From Planctomycetota bacterium (lineage in GTDB: Bacteria; Planctomycetota; GCA-002687715; DRQF01): a DNA stretch of 64,000 nt. The notes beneath the pieces were generated by a model. That model did not search any database. It worked only from the letters and a program-made list of their open reading frames with translations, and had not been told where the DNA came from. Positions 49,933 through 59,958 of this stretch are shown here, one piece after another. The DNA lies in NCBI GenBank assembly GCA_036479435.1, contig JAZGFI010000117.1:1-64000 (forward strand), in the 5' to 3' direction. The first letter of the stretch is position 1. Each line of letters starts with the position of its first letter. The position numbers and the translations under genes are program-made.

Positions 49933-51173
49933 ACCGCAACCTCCAACTCATCGTGGTCGAGCTTTCCGGCGGATATGCGGTAGACGCCGATGCCGCGGCG
50001 GCGCGCCCCGGTCGTAAATCTTGCCGCAGTCAAGATGGCCTTTTCGCTACGACCTTCGAAGACCACCGCGATCACCTGCTGGCCACGCTGGGTCAAGGAC
50101 GCGAGGGTTGGAATCGTCGCTTCATCTGCCATGGAATCTTGGTGAATCATCACGACGGTGAGTGAGCCGTCGTGCCGGCCGGCGAGGAGTTCGCCGATTG
50201 CCGCGGAGAGCCTTGTGGGCGCTGATGGCTCGAGCGGTACGAAGGCATCGAGCCACTCTCTTAGCTTGGCATGGGAAGTTTGGGCCGAGGGGCCGATGCG
50301 CCCCGACTGTGAATAGACCTCCACTCGACGCGCCGTACGCAGCGCCGTGGCCACCAAAGAGGCGGTGAGGCGAATGGCGTTTTCGAATTGGCCGTAGCGA
50401 ATTCGCTGTCCGGTGACGCTGCGGTGTGTGTCGAGAAAGATCGTCAGGTCGCCGGAACTCGGGCGCGCCATCTCACGAACCACAAGGTCGCCACGGCGCG
50501 CAGATGTCGGCCAGTGAATGCGTCTTGGACTGTCGCCGGGTCGGTAGTCCCGCAAGGACCAAAAGTCGCTCGACTCTCCGGGGCCGGCGCGCAGGATTTC
50601 GCTGACCGCATGACGGGCCGAGCCGGCTCGCTGTTGATCTAATCCGAAGTTGACGAGACTCGGATAAATGATGATCGTCGTAAAAGTCTCGAGGCGGGCC
50701 TGAATCTCGAACCAGCCGAAGGGGTCAGAGATTCGAAGCACGGATGGGCCGTAGCGATATCGCCCGCGAGGTGACAAGCAGCGCGCCTCGTATTGGCGTT
50801 CGATTTGCTCTCCCGCATAGATGCGCTGGGGAAACACGATGTCTTTCTGAGCCCCGTCTTCTGGCGTGAAAATCTCGCTGAAGCGCGGATTCCCCAAGCA
50901 CCGTCGGCCTTCATTGCGAAGCGTTACGCGAATGACGACGAGATCTCCCTCAAAGGCGTACTTCGGTGCCGACTGACTCAAGCTTAGCCCACTGGCGGCT
51001 CGGCGCAGCATCCAATAAACGACGGCTGGAATGAGGATGAGGGCGAGCCCCATCGCAACCGCGCCTGCGTTCTGCAAAAATAAACCGCTGAAGAAGGCAA
51101 GGTTTCCAACGCCAAAGACTATAGCGCCGCTTGAACAGTTGCTCTTGAGCTCTAATTGCTCACGCTTCGACAT
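49929..51173 (-). CDS. DUF58 domain protein
   Basis: RGRY..GP...DPFG, LRDYRPGDSPRRIHWPTSAR, FENAIRLTAS. Confidence 0.9.
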   Translation of the reverse strand: MSKREQLELKSNCSSGAIVFGVGNLAFFSGLFLQNAGAVAMGLALILIPAVVYWMLRRAASGLSLSQSAPKYAFEGDLVVIRVTLRNEGRRCLGNPRFSEIFTPEDGAQKDIVFPQRIYAGEQIERQYEARCLSPRGRYRYGPSVLRISDPFGWFEIQARLETFTTIIIYPSLVNFGLDQQRAGSARHAVSEILRAGPGESSDFWSLRDYRPGDSPRRIHWPTSARRGDLVVREMARPSSGDLTIFLDTHRSVTGQRIRYGQFENAIRLTASLVATALRTARRVEVYSQSGRIGPSAQTSHAKLREWLDAFVPLEPSAPTRLSAAIGELLAGRHDGSLTVVMIHQDSMADEATIPTLASLTQRGQQVIAVVFEGRSEKAILTAARFTTGARRRGIGVYRISAGKLDHDELEVAV

Positions 51174-52110
51174 GGGGCAAGATGGGTACGGGGACTTCGT
51201 CGAGGATCTCGCGAACGAGGTCACTCCCTCGTTTGCCACCAACTTCGCCTTGGGCGTCGAGAAGGATGCGGTGCCCCAAGACTGAGGGCGCCACCGCCTT
51301 GATGTCATCCGGGCCGAGCCAAGTGCGCCCTTCGACGTAGGCGTAGGCCTTGGCGGCGCGGAGTAAAGAAAGGCTGCCGCGGGGGCTGACCCCCAAGGCC
51401 ACGCCTTCGCGGTTTCTCGATGCCGCGGCGATCGCAACGATGTACTGGTGCATCTGCGGTCCGACCTCGAGTTTGTCGGCCGCGGCTTGAATTTGGCGGA
51501 GGCCTGCGAGGTCGGTGACGACCTCCAAGTCAGCCGGGCTAGATCCGTTGCCGTGCACTTCCAGGATTCGAATTTCGTCCTCAGGTCCGGGGTAGCCCAA
51601 TTCGAGTCGCATCAAGAATCGGTCGAGTTGAGCTTCGGGGAGGGGATAGGTTCCGGCTAGCTCAACGGGGTTTTGGGTCGCGAGTACGAAAAATGGGTCG
51701 GACAGTTTTCGGCTGTGGCCTTCGACGGTGACCTGCCCCTCTTCCATGCACTCCAAAAGCGCAGCTTGGGTTCGGGGAGATGTGCGGTTTATCTCGTCTG
51801 CAAGCAAGATCTCAGTGAACACCGGACCTTCAACGAAGGAAAAGGACCGCGTCGCCGGATCGAAGACCGAAACGCCGGTGATGTCGGAAGGCAACAGATC
51901 GGGCGTGAACTGAATTCGTTGAAAAGTCGCGCTCAGTGAACGAGCCAGCGAGCGGGCGAGAAGCGTTTTTCCTAGACCGGGTGCGTCCTCAAGCAAAAGA
52001 TGGCCTCGTGCCACCAAAGACGTTACGGCGAGTTTGACGACTTTTGGATTGCCGATGAAGACTCGCTCTACATTGGCGCATAGCCGCTCGATGACTTGAT
52101 GCAAAACCAC
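51160..52110 (-). CDS. moxR: MoxR-family AAA+ ATPase
   Basis: EDAPGLGKT, RIQFTPDLLPSD, DEINR, ATQNP, LPEAQLDRF, SPRG. Confidence 0.95.
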   Translation of the reverse strand: MVLHQVIERLCANVERVFIGNPKVVKLAVTSLVARGHLLLEDAPGLGKTLLARSLARSLSATFQRIQFTPDLLPSDITGVSVFDPATRSFSFVEGPVFTEILLADEINRTSPRTQAALLECMEEGQVTVEGHSRKLSDPFFVLATQNPVELAGTYPLPEAQLDRFLMRLELGYPGPEDEIRILEVHGNGSSPADLEVVTDLAGLRQIQAAADKLEVGPQMHQYIVAIAAASRNREGVALGVSPRGSLSLLRAAKAYAYVEGRTWLGPDDIKAVAPSVLGHRILLDAQGEVGGKRGSDLVREILDEVPVPILPHVEA

Positions 52111-52538
52111 ACTCCCCTGGTTTTTAGGGACCTCGCGTCAGCAAGGCCTCCCTCGAAAGAATACCCGCCGACGAGAATTCAGCCAAACTGCCTTGGAAAC
52201 CTGGGAAAATGCGGTGGCCTCAGTTGGCTAACGCCCTTGTGACGTCCAAGTTCAGCGAAATGGGGCAATCTTGCATCTAGAATTCGCTTGGTGCCCACTG
52301 CGCTAGTCGCCATACTCCGCCTAAGCCCTGCCGTTGGCCCCTTTTGACTATTGCTTCAGCTGTTTTCCCGCCGCGATATTTCGGACAGATCTTGGCTTCT
52401 TCAGCCCCGAAGTCCGTGTTCGCAGTGCCCCGCAGCGGGTTCAGCGAGGGAAAGTGGCCGTTTCCGGGCCGGTGCTCTAAGACAATGCCATTGCGAAGGC
52501 GCGTGGCTTGCGACGATTCGTCGTCTCTTTGAACTGAA

Positions 52539-53324
52539 ATGAGGAGATTGCCTGTGCGCTCATCTACTTTGATGGCTCTTGCTATTTCGATTTTTGCGGT
52601 GGGTGCTTCAGCCCAGCACATCGTCGATGTCCAGGACTTCCAATTTGTCGATTCGGTTTCTGGTACCAGCGACACCACCATTACCCTCGGTGAAACGATC
52701 GAGTTCACCTGGGTTTCTGGTTTCCACTTGCTCGAAGATGGAACGGCGCCGGGAACTCCCGGGGCAGCCAGCCTCTTTTCGGATCCGGTCGACCCTGCCA
52801 ACATCTTATTCTCGTTCACGCCAACCGAAGCGGGGTGTTTCCCCTACTACTGCTTCCCCCATTTCGCATTCAACATGGTGGGTACGATCACGGTTGTGCC
52901 GGCGGTCTTGGCGGGTTCAGGCGAAGACTTGACCCTGAACATCCAAGTGAATGGTGTCGATGGCCTCATCGCTTCGCCCGGCGACTTGGTGACCATGCAC
53001 TTCGAGTCTCCCTTGGGGACCTTCGACAACGAACCGGTCATCTTGGTCGCGCAGATCTATGCGAATGGAACGGCGGGGCCGGGATCACCCGGTGGATTCC
53101 CCGAAGCCCACGTCAACACCTTCGGGGCTTTTTTGATCTTTGGCGGTGATTTGAGCCCCTTTGGAACCCCCTTCGTCATGTTGCCGGGAGGCTACACTTT
53201 GGCGACGGGCGCACCCCCGAGCTTTGTCGGCTTCATAGCCCGCATTCAGGCTTTCTCCCTGTCGGGTCTTGCCAACAACACTTTCTTTGCGACCTCTGAT
53301 GCGATGGACATTCTCGTCAAGTAG
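52539..53324 (+). CDS. Secreted plastocyanin/cupredoxin-domain protein with additional C-terminal domain
   Basis: Signal peptide, FTWVSGFH, YYCFPH...MVGTITV type-1 copper ligands. Confidence 0.82.
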   Translation: MRRLPVRSSTLMALAISIFAVGASAQHIVDVQDFQFVDSVSGTSDTTITLGETIEFTWVSGFHLLEDGTAPGTPGAASLFSDPVDPANILFSFTPTEAGCFPYYCFPHFAFNMVGTITVVPAVLAGSGEDLTLNIQVNGVDGLIASPGDLVTMHFESPLGTFDNEPVILVAQIYANGTAGPGSPGGFPEAHVNTFGAFLIFGGDLSPFGTPFVMLPGGYTLATGAPPSFVGFIARIQAFSLSGLANNTFFATSDAMDILVK

Positions 53325-53349
53325 TTCGCTTGCACTCAACAGCCATGTC

Positions 53350-53382
53350 AAATGGGCGTCCACCCTCGTGGACGCCCATTTT
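53350..53382. terminator. Terminator between convergent genes
   Basis: aaatgggcgtccac-cctc-gtggacgcccatttt. Confidence 0.85.
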
Positions 53383-53395
53383 GTCTTGCTGTCTT

Positions 53396-53635
53396 TTAGC
53401 TCGAACTTCGTTCCGCAATCTCGGCTACTAAGCTCGCTTCATCGGGGAAGGTCCCCGTCTCCAAGCGGCTGTAAACCAGATCCTCATCGACGAAGACTTC
53501 AAAGCGCCCGTCCGCATAGGGAACTAACGACAGGCTCTCCATCCGAGTCTTGAGGCGCACCGCAATCTTGTCCGTCAAACTGACGGCTTTCGGCTCAAAA
53601 TTTCAAGCTGAGCAATACTCAATCCGAATCTGCAT
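53396..53635 (-). CDS. Rdx (SelT/SelW/SelH) family selenoprotein with CxxU motif
   Basis: MQIRIEYCSA-U(TGA 53603-53605)-NFEPKAVSL...GRFEVFVDEDLVYSRLETGTFP. Confidence 0.9.
53564..53602 (-). promoter_or_regulatory. SECIS element of the Rdx selenoprotein
   Basis: AAUUUUG...CCGUCA-GUU-UGACGG..CAAGAUU with GU apical loop just after UGA. Confidence 0.7.
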
Positions 53636-53773
53636 TCTCTAATCCCCTTCGCAAGAACAAGTCGCCCCCTCATCTTGTTGAGGAGAGCCTTTTTCCGCTT
53701 GCTTTCGCCACACTGCATCTGACCTTTGTAGCAGTTGATCGAAAAGGTGTCGACTGGCACCGGAGCCGAGGGT

Positions 53774-54115
53774 TTACTCGTCTTCGACATGTCCCCGCAA
53801 ACGACTGATTGCGGCATCCCATTGGGCGTCGATACGATCCAGGTAGCGCCGCGCGGTTGCCAGTCCGCTGGGGTCGAGCTGCCAGATATGCTCGCGACCA
53901 TGGCGCGAGCTACGAACGAGGCCAGCGTCGCCAAGGATACGCAGATGCTTCGTAATGGCTTGGCGTGAGACATTGGAGCCTTCGCTCAAGCTCGAGATAG
54001 ACTCTGGTCCCGACGTCGTCAGGTGGACGACGAGGCTGAGGCGGGTTGGATCACCCATCGCGGAAAACAGCGGGGCCGCGCTGCGGATACTGGCCGCTGT
54101 GAAACGACTAACCAT
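53774..54115 (-). CDS. ArsR/SmtB-family transcriptional regulator
   Basis: FSAMGDPTRL, SRQAITKHLRIL..AGLV, GRE. Confidence 0.9.
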   Translation of the reverse strand: MVSRFTAASIRSAAPLFSAMGDPTRLSLVVHLTTSGPESISSLSEGSNVSRQAITKHLRILGDAGLVRSSRHGREHIWQLDPSGLATARRYLDRIDAQWDAAISRLRGHVEDE

Positions 54116-54563
54116 CGACGTGCTTCGTGACGTTTTTGACCTGTTGTTTCCATCCGCCTTCGTTGCGCTGGAATGACTCGTCACGTCGGTCTTTTGGCAG
54201 CGCATCAAATCCAGATTCGGTGATCGTCAATCGCGTCCCTTCGCCTTCATCCTCGAGTCGAAACTCGACCAATGTGCTCGGCGCCTGGGACCGATCGATA
54301 CCGGAGTCGATCTCGTAAGGGTGCCACCGAAACGAAAAAAGCAGCTCGGGTTCCAGCTCTTCGATCGAGGCTTCAATCTCAGCGGCCTTGCAGTCTTCAT
54401 GCGTGCTGCGCCCCTTGATTGATTCTCCAAGGCGAAATGGGCCTTCGAACTCAACTTGAAACCACTTGCCAAGTTCGCTGGAATCCGCGATGGCCCGCCA
54501 TACCCGGGCACGGGATGCGCGGAGAGAAACGACTTTTTGAATCTGATCGCTGCTTGTATTCAT
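54108..54563 (-). CDS. SRPBCC/AHSA1-like protein
   Basis: RVWRAIAD, FSFRWHP, TLVEFRL, TRLTITESGF, NEGGW. Confidence 0.9.
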   Translation of the reverse strand: MNTSSDQIQKVVSLRASRARVWRAIADSSELGKWFQVEFEGPFRLGESIKGRSTHEDCKAAEIEASIEELEPELLFSFRWHPYEIDSGIDRSQAPSTLVEFRLEDEGEGTRLTITESGFDALPKDRRDESFQRNEGGWKQQVKNVTKHVDG

Positions 54564-54566
54564 GAT

Positions 54567-54630
54567 ATGCAATCTCCTGGTTGCGTGTTTGTAGCTGGGG
54601 CTTCAGGAAAGAGCAACCATTAGATTGCAT
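54567..54630. promoter_or_regulatory. Pair of imperfect palindromic operators, probably ArsR autoregulation
   Basis: atgcaatctcctggttgc (54567-54584) and gcaaccattagattgcat (54613-54630) are near-exact inverted copies. Confidence 0.65.
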
Positions 54631-54754
54631 TTATTCCGGCGCGAGTGTTTCTTCGGATTCGCGTCGGAGAGGCGGGTGAAGGAGAGCTGGCGCGATTAAG
54701 TGGGAGAAAGACGTCTGACGCCGTTAAACCGGTTGCTGAACTGGCCCGAGGAGC

Positions 54755-55198
54755 TTAGGACGGAAGCGGAGGCCAGTTGGCTTGGTTGGCGTGCATTTCC
54801 ATGCTGTAGGCGGGGCGGTGGTGGTAGTCGCCGCCGGTCTTGACGGCCCAGGCTCGTTCGGCGACGAAAAGGAGCTCGTCGAAGTCTAGGCCGCTGGGCA
54901 TGAGTTCAGGGGTCTCTTTGACGGAATTGTAGGCGTCCTCGCCGTTCGCGATGACGCAGCAGCGGGCGTAGAGGAAAAGATCTTCGTATTGGCCGGAAAC
55001 GCCGGCGGCCTCAGCGTAGGCCGCACCGTCGAGTTGGTAGAGTTTCTCGCTGAGCAAGTCATCGAAAGCCATGATGTCGGCGGTCGATTTCATCAAGAGG
55101 GCATCGACGACGGGGCGGATGACGCCAAATTCCTCGTCGGCTTCGAGTCGGCTCCAGTCGAGGAGCTGAATGACATCCCAGAATTCTTGCTCGGTCAC
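54755..55198 (-). CDS. DUF4240-like protein
   Basis: EFWDVI, AFDDLL...LD, DLFLYARCCVIANG. Confidence 0.75.
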   Translation of the reverse strand: MTEQEFWDVIQLLDWSRLEADEEFGVIRPVVDALLMKSTADIMAFDDLLSEKLYQLDGAAYAEAAGVSGQYEDLFLYARCCVIANGEDAYNSVKETPELMPSGLDFDELLFVAERAWAVKTGGDYHHRPAYSMEMHANQANWPPLPS

Positions 55199-55236
55199 GG
55201 CTAAGCTACCCCTTGTCACCCGCGAGGAAAAAGACG

Positions 55237-56115
55237 GTGATTCACTACGACGAACCACTCTACCGCCCTCCGTCCGAGGGAGACAACCTCATCCTTCAGG
55301 CAACTTTGGGCTGTAGCTTCAACCGCTGTAGCTTTTGCTCGATGTACCGCAGCAAAGTCTACCGTGAACGGCCCTTGGAAACGGTCTTAGCCGAAGCGAA
55401 GTGGGCGGCGGCGCAGTTTCCTAAGACTCGAAAGATCTTTCTTGCGGATGGCGATGCCTGGACTTTGCCCACCGACTATCTGCTGGAGTTGCTGAGGGAG
55501 TTGGGATCGCTGTTCCCCGACCTTATGCGTGTGTCCGCCTACGCCTGGCCCTTGGCGCTGCGAAAAAAGACAGATAGGGAGCTGGCGCAACTCAGCCAAC
55601 TAAAACTGAATTTGGCCTATGTCGGAGTCGAGACCGGATCGGCGGCCTTACTGAAAAAGATCACCAAGGGTTCATCTCCCGAGATCCACGCGGAGGCTAT
55701 CGAGAGATTTCGCGAGGCGGGAGTCAAGGTGTCGGCCACGGTCATTTTGGGTCTGGGAGGAAAGACCCACTGGAAGGAGCACATCGACGAGACGGTGGAA
55801 CTTATTGAAAAAGCTCCGCCGCGTTTCGTGTCAACGCTTCAGCTGGGCCTCAGCCCCGAGATCGAAGACGAGTTCTACCGGAAGTTCAAAGAGCCTTTTC
55901 AGCCGCAGGACGACTTGGGAATGCTCGTTGAGCAGCAGCGTTTTTTGAGCCTTCTCAATCCGCCGCGGCCCGTCATCTTTCGATCCAACCACGCTTCTAA
56001 CTCGCTCGCCTTGGCGGGTGTGCTCCCCAAGGACTCGGCGCGCTTGGTCAAAGAAGTTGAGGAAGCGCTGATGGGGCAGCGTCGTTTACGGCCGCGCAAT
56101 CTTCGGGGCTATTGA
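55237..56115 (+). CDS. Radical SAM protein
   Basis: YRPPSE, CSFNRCSFC, FLADGD, FRSNHASN. Confidence 0.9.
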   Translation: MIHYDEPLYRPPSEGDNLILQATLGCSFNRCSFCSMYRSKVYRERPLETVLAEAKWAAAQFPKTRKIFLADGDAWTLPTDYLLELLRELGSLFPDLMRVSAYAWPLALRKKTDRELAQLSQLKLNLAYVGVETGSAALLKKITKGSSPEIHAEAIERFREAGVKVSATVILGLGGKTHWKEHIDETVELIEKAPPRFVSTLQLGLSPEIEDEFYRKFKEPFQPQDDLGMLVEQQRFLSLLNPPRPVIFRSNHASNSLALAGVLPKDSARLVKEVEEALMGQRRLRPRNLRGY

Positions 56116-56225
56116 GGTCTTTGCCTGATAAGATGCTGTCGCTTGGTGCAGGAGTTTGGGGCGACGCCCCCGACGAACCTGATTTGCTACGGGGCGTTGA
56201 GAGCGTCCCCCAACGAGAGTTGTTC

Positions 56226-57764
56226 ATGCATCTGCCGCAGTCCAGTGCTCTTAGACCCTTGATGACCAAAGTCCGGCAAGGCGGGATTTTTGGGTCTTCG
56301 ACTTTGGTCTTGCTGTTGTTGACGGCGCCGGCTTTGGCCGCGGACCAAGAAACATGGCTTCGGTTCGGTGGCCGCCTTCACCCGCTCATCGTCCATTTTC
56401 CGATCGCTTTGATCTCGGTCGCGGGGATTTGTGAACTCTGGGCAATGCTGCGGAGTCGCTCGCTTTCTCCAATGGCGCTTTCCTGTCTCGGTTTTGCCTG
56501 GGTGTTTGGGGCCTTAGCGGCGGGGGCGGGCTGGTTGTACGCCGAACATGAAGGGGTATCGGACTCACTGGCTGACACTCTTTATTGGCATCGTTGGGGG
56601 GGCATCGCGGTCATCGGTCTCAGCCTTGTGGTCTGGGTCGTCGGTCTTGTCGCGAGAAAAAGGCAGCAGTCTGCGGTCTTTTTTCGGATTGGTCTGTTTG
56701 CGGCGGTGCTCGGGGTTGCCTGGATTGGCCATCTTGGCGGCGACATGACGCGCGGCGACGACTATCTGTTTGAGTTGTTCGATGAGCCTGAAGATGGCAT
56801 GAGCGACGACGTAACGAACGTTGCCAACACCTTTGATCCTCTGGCGAGGGCCGGTACGGCGCTCATTGATGAAGGGGGAAATGCTGCGGGCGCGGCCTTG
56901 CCGGTGAATTACGAAAATCAGGTCAAGCCCATCTTCGCTCGTCACTGTTTCAAATGTCACGGCCCAAAAAAGCGTAAAGGGAACTTGCGCCTCGACAGCA
57001 AAAAGCAGCTCTTTCACACCGCCAAGGGCAAGTGGGTGGTCAAACCCGGCCACGCCGATAATAGTTTGCTGATCCGACGACTTGAGCTTCCGGTGACGCA
57101 TCGAAAGTTCATGCCCAAAAAAACCGGCAAGAGGATTCCGGCGGACGAAATCGCCTTGCTGCGTCGTTGGATTAACGAAGGGGCAAGATACGCACCGGGT
57201 ACGGTCGTTCAGACACCAAAGGTGGTGCCCGGGAGTGGTACCGGTGAGAAGAAACCCGAAGCCACTAAGTTGCGGCGAACGCCAGCCATTGACCAACAGC
57301 TTGCCGCCTTGCGGGAACAAGGAGTGGCGATTCAGTATGTTGCGGCCGCGGAAGCTGAAGTCGACGCCAACTTTTCGGTGATGGCGAGCCGATTTAGCGT
57401 TGAAGATTTGAAGGGCCTTGCGGGTCTAGAGGATCGCTTGCTGCGGCTTGACCTGAAAAAGACGAACTTGGATGACGCTGGCTTGGCCTTGCTCGCGGGG
57501 TTCGAACGCCTGGAATACCTGAATCTGTCGGAAACGAAAATCAGCGATGAGGGTCTATCCGCGCTTTCGAAGATGAAGAAACTGAAGTCACTCAACCTAT
57601 GGGGAACCGCGATCAGCGATGCAGGCTTAAGGCATCTCGAAGGCTTGACAGCGCTTCGCAGTTTGTACTTGTGGAAATCGAAAGCCACGCCGCAGGGCGC
57701 GAAGGCGCTCCAAGCAACACTCGGTGATCTGAAGATCGACATGGGTGGCGCACTGAAGCGCTAA
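56226..57764 (+). CDS. DUF2231 membrane domain + planctomycete cytochrome c + leucine-rich repeat protein
   Basis: HPLIVHFPI, GHLGG, CFKCH...LRLD...MP...WINEGA, LxxLxLxxTxISD repeats; start uncertain. Confidence 0.85.
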   Translation: MHLPQSSALRPLMTKVRQGGIFGSSTLVLLLLTAPALAADQETWLRFGGRLHPLIVHFPIALISVAGICELWAMLRSRSLSPMALSCLGFAWVFGALAAGAGWLYAEHEGVSDSLADTLYWHRWGGIAVIGLSLVVWVVGLVARKRQQSAVFFRIGLFAAVLGVAWIGHLGGDMTRGDDYLFELFDEPEDGMSDDVTNVANTFDPLARAGTALIDEGGNAAGAALPVNYENQVKPIFARHCFKCHGPKKRKGNLRLDSKKQLFHTAKGKWVVKPGHADNSLLIRRLELPVTHRKFMPKKTGKRIPADEIALLRRWINEGARYAPGTVVQTPKVVPGSGTGEKKPEATKLRRTPAIDQQLAALREQGVAIQYVAAAEAEVDANFSVMASRFSVEDLKGLAGLEDRLLRLDLKKTNLDDAGLALLAGFERLEYLNLSETKISDEGLSALSKMKKLKSLNLWGTAISDAGLRHLEGLTALRSLYLWKSKATPQGAKALQATLGDLKIDMGGALKR

Positions 57765-57813
57765 GCCAATTTGACCCGCTCATCCTGTCAGTTCCCTTGA
57801 TGCGCGGAGCGTG

Positions 57814-59367
57814 TCAATTCCACACAAACTTTTCCGCCGCCGCGCGCGCATGGAGTTCCTTGCGAAGCGCATCCGCAGTTCGTTCGTCGAGTTCATCCAT
57901 CGTCAAGGGAATGGAGGCTCCGCCGCCGGCGGCGGTATCGACATAAACACTGGCGAGTCGCCAGCGGCGATCGAAGTAAGATTGCTGCACTTCAATCGTT
58001 TGGATTCGCGAGTAGGGCACGATGCCGGTCGTGACGCGAGGCCAACCTTGGCGGACCCAGAGACCTGCGTCTTCCAGTTTCCAACCAAAGTTACGGTGCT
58101 GCATGATGGCTTGGAGCACGCCGAAGAACCACAAGACGGGAAGCGCCAACATGACCCAGGGCGTACTCCACCAAGCGACGGCGGCAACCAAAAACAAAGG
58201 CAGGATGATGCGTTTGCGTAACTGGCGGCGCCGTCGGCGCTTGGGTGCGGGTTTGAAGGGTGCTGGCTGCTCGACGACGAGATCCGGGGCGAGGGCTTGA
58301 AGCAGCGGCCGGAACTCAGGCTCTTTCGCCAAAGGGACCAAAGGCGTCCTGCCAATACCCTCCTTGCCGTCGTTGGCACCCGCGGTCTGAGCCCTCAACT
58401 CGAAGCGTCCGAAGTAACGTTGAATGAGTCCCGCTCGCCGACCCAATACTTGGATACGTCGACGAGGAATCGTGCCGCTTCGGCGAGTCGTGAGCCCAAA
58501 CTGAAAACGCAAATCGTCGCCGTGTTTGACGAGCTGGAATCCACCGTAGCGAAAGACGATCAGGATGGCGGAGAGCAACTTCAGGATGATGAAGCCAAAA
58601 ATGCCAAAAGCAGAGTAGAGAAAGCCCTTTTGCCAGGGGCTCATCTCGCTGCGGTCTTCCCAACCGTGGTCGATTAGCGACATGACGTGATCGGCGATCC
58701 ACTGCTCGTAGTCGACTCCACTCTGGGCGGCCAAGCCGAATGCCGCCGCGAAGGCGGCGAAGGCGGCATTGGACAAAAGACCCATAAACAACAGGTCACC
58801 CAGGCTCAACTTGACGAGAGTGTCAACCGACTCGTCGCTTGAGGTTGAAGTTGGGGTTGTGAGTGAACTCGCCGCCACCGGCTCGGTGGCGAGCTGGGCT
58901 TGGTCCGACTCGGTCTTGGAGTCTTGAGCTTGTTTGTGCGCAAAGACTCGACTGCGAATGGCTGCGACTTGGTCCAAACCCAAGACATTCATTTCCGCTT
59001 CCGGGTCTTCGCCGCTCGCGGTCTCAAGCTGCACCTTGGCCACTCGAACCATGCGGTGAAAGGGATTTTGAACCAGGTTGATGTTTTGGATGCGGGCGTA
59101 GGGGATGTGGCGCTCGACGCGATTAAAGATTCCCGACTTGGTAATCAACTCAAATTCGGCGAGGCGGTAACGAAAGGACAAGAATCTCACCACGACCCAG
59201 GCGGCCGAAGGCAAAAAGAGGAGCATCGCGAACAATTCCCAGCGATTGTCGCTCGCGAGGAAAAACACGGCAAGGCCTGGGACAATATAAGACTTGGCTT
59301 GGCCCCCGATTCCAAAGATCAAAGAACTGGGGTGGAGCCGGTGAAACTCGTCCGCGTCAGTCTTCAT
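57814..59367 (-). CDS. YdbT-like bPH_2 domain membrane protein
   Basis: RLHP, IPYARIQ, IPRRRIQ, VPYSRIQ repeats. Confidence 0.85.
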   Translation of the reverse strand: MKTDADEFHRLHPSSLIFGIGGQAKSYIVPGLAVFFLASDNRWELFAMLLFLPSAAWVVVRFLSFRYRLAEFELITKSGIFNRVERHIPYARIQNINLVQNPFHRMVRVAKVQLETASGEDPEAEMNVLGLDQVAAIRSRVFAHKQAQDSKTESDQAQLATEPVAASSLTTPTSTSSDESVDTLVKLSLGDLLFMGLLSNAAFAAFAAAFGLAAQSGVDYEQWIADHVMSLIDHGWEDRSEMSPWQKGFLYSAFGIFGFIILKLLSAILIVFRYGGFQLVKHGDDLRFQFGLTTRRSGTIPRRRIQVLGRRAGLIQRYFGRFELRAQTAGANDGKEGIGRTPLVPLAKEPEFRPLLQALAPDLVVEQPAPFKPAPKRRRRRQLRKRIILPLFLVAAVAWWSTPWVMLALPVLWFFGVLQAIMQHRNFGWKLEDAGLWVRQGWPRVTTGIVPYSRIQTIEVQQSYFDRRWRLASVYVDTAAGGGASIPLTMDELDERTADALRKELHARAAAEKFVWN

Positions 59368-59956
59368 CTGGGACGCTTTCTTCGTGCCCTTCATTGAGGA
59401 GATAATCGCGAAGGGCGTAGGCCGTATCGGATTCGAGACCGTCTAACCTCACCTCATGGGATGCTGATCCCGCGGTATGCATGACGAAGGTCGCGAGGCC
59501 AAAATGGCGCTGCAACGGTCCCTGAGTGACCTCGGTGTGTTGGATGCGTGTACGCGGCACGGTGATGACCCTGCGGTGCAAAACCCCCCGCTTGATCTCA
59601 ACGCCGGTGGCGTCGACGCGGTAGCGGCGTCGAGCCCAATCCAGGGGCGGCCAAATCCATCCCAGCACGGCGCGGGTCACGATTAGCAAGGGGGCAAAAA
59701 GCACGCCCCATTTCCAGGCTCCGACATCGGCGTTGTCGGAGGCGAAGGACCAAAAGATGACGGCGACCGGGATCAGCATCGCGGCGAAAACTAGCACTCC
59801 GATGGCGGAACTCATCCTCTTTGCCGGAATCCACTCCTTTGGCAGCTTCGTCGCTTTTCGAGTTGGGAACTGACTGCCCTCGGTTTTGGGATCCGTCTGT
59901 GAAATGACCGTGTTGAAGATCGGGGCGAAATCTTCGGGAGACTCAGGGTTCGCCAA
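59357..59956 (-). CDS. YdbS-like bPH_2 domain membrane protein
   Basis: VPRTRIQHTEVTQGPLQRHFGL...TAG. Confidence 0.85.
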   Translation of the reverse strand: MANPESPEDFAPIFNTVISQTDPKTEGSQFPTRKATKLPKEWIPAKRMSSAIGVLVFAAMLIPVAVIFWSFASDNADVGAWKWGVLFAPLLIVTRAVLGWIWPPLDWARRRYRVDATGVEIKRGVLHRRVITVPRTRIQHTEVTQGPLQRHFGLATFVMHTAGSASHEVRLDGLESDTAYALRDYLLNEGHEESVPDED

Positions 59957-59958
59957 GG

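Noticed and set aside
47737..52110. MoxR-DUF58-transglutaminase as a novel system
   Set aside because: Well-known, widespread operon.
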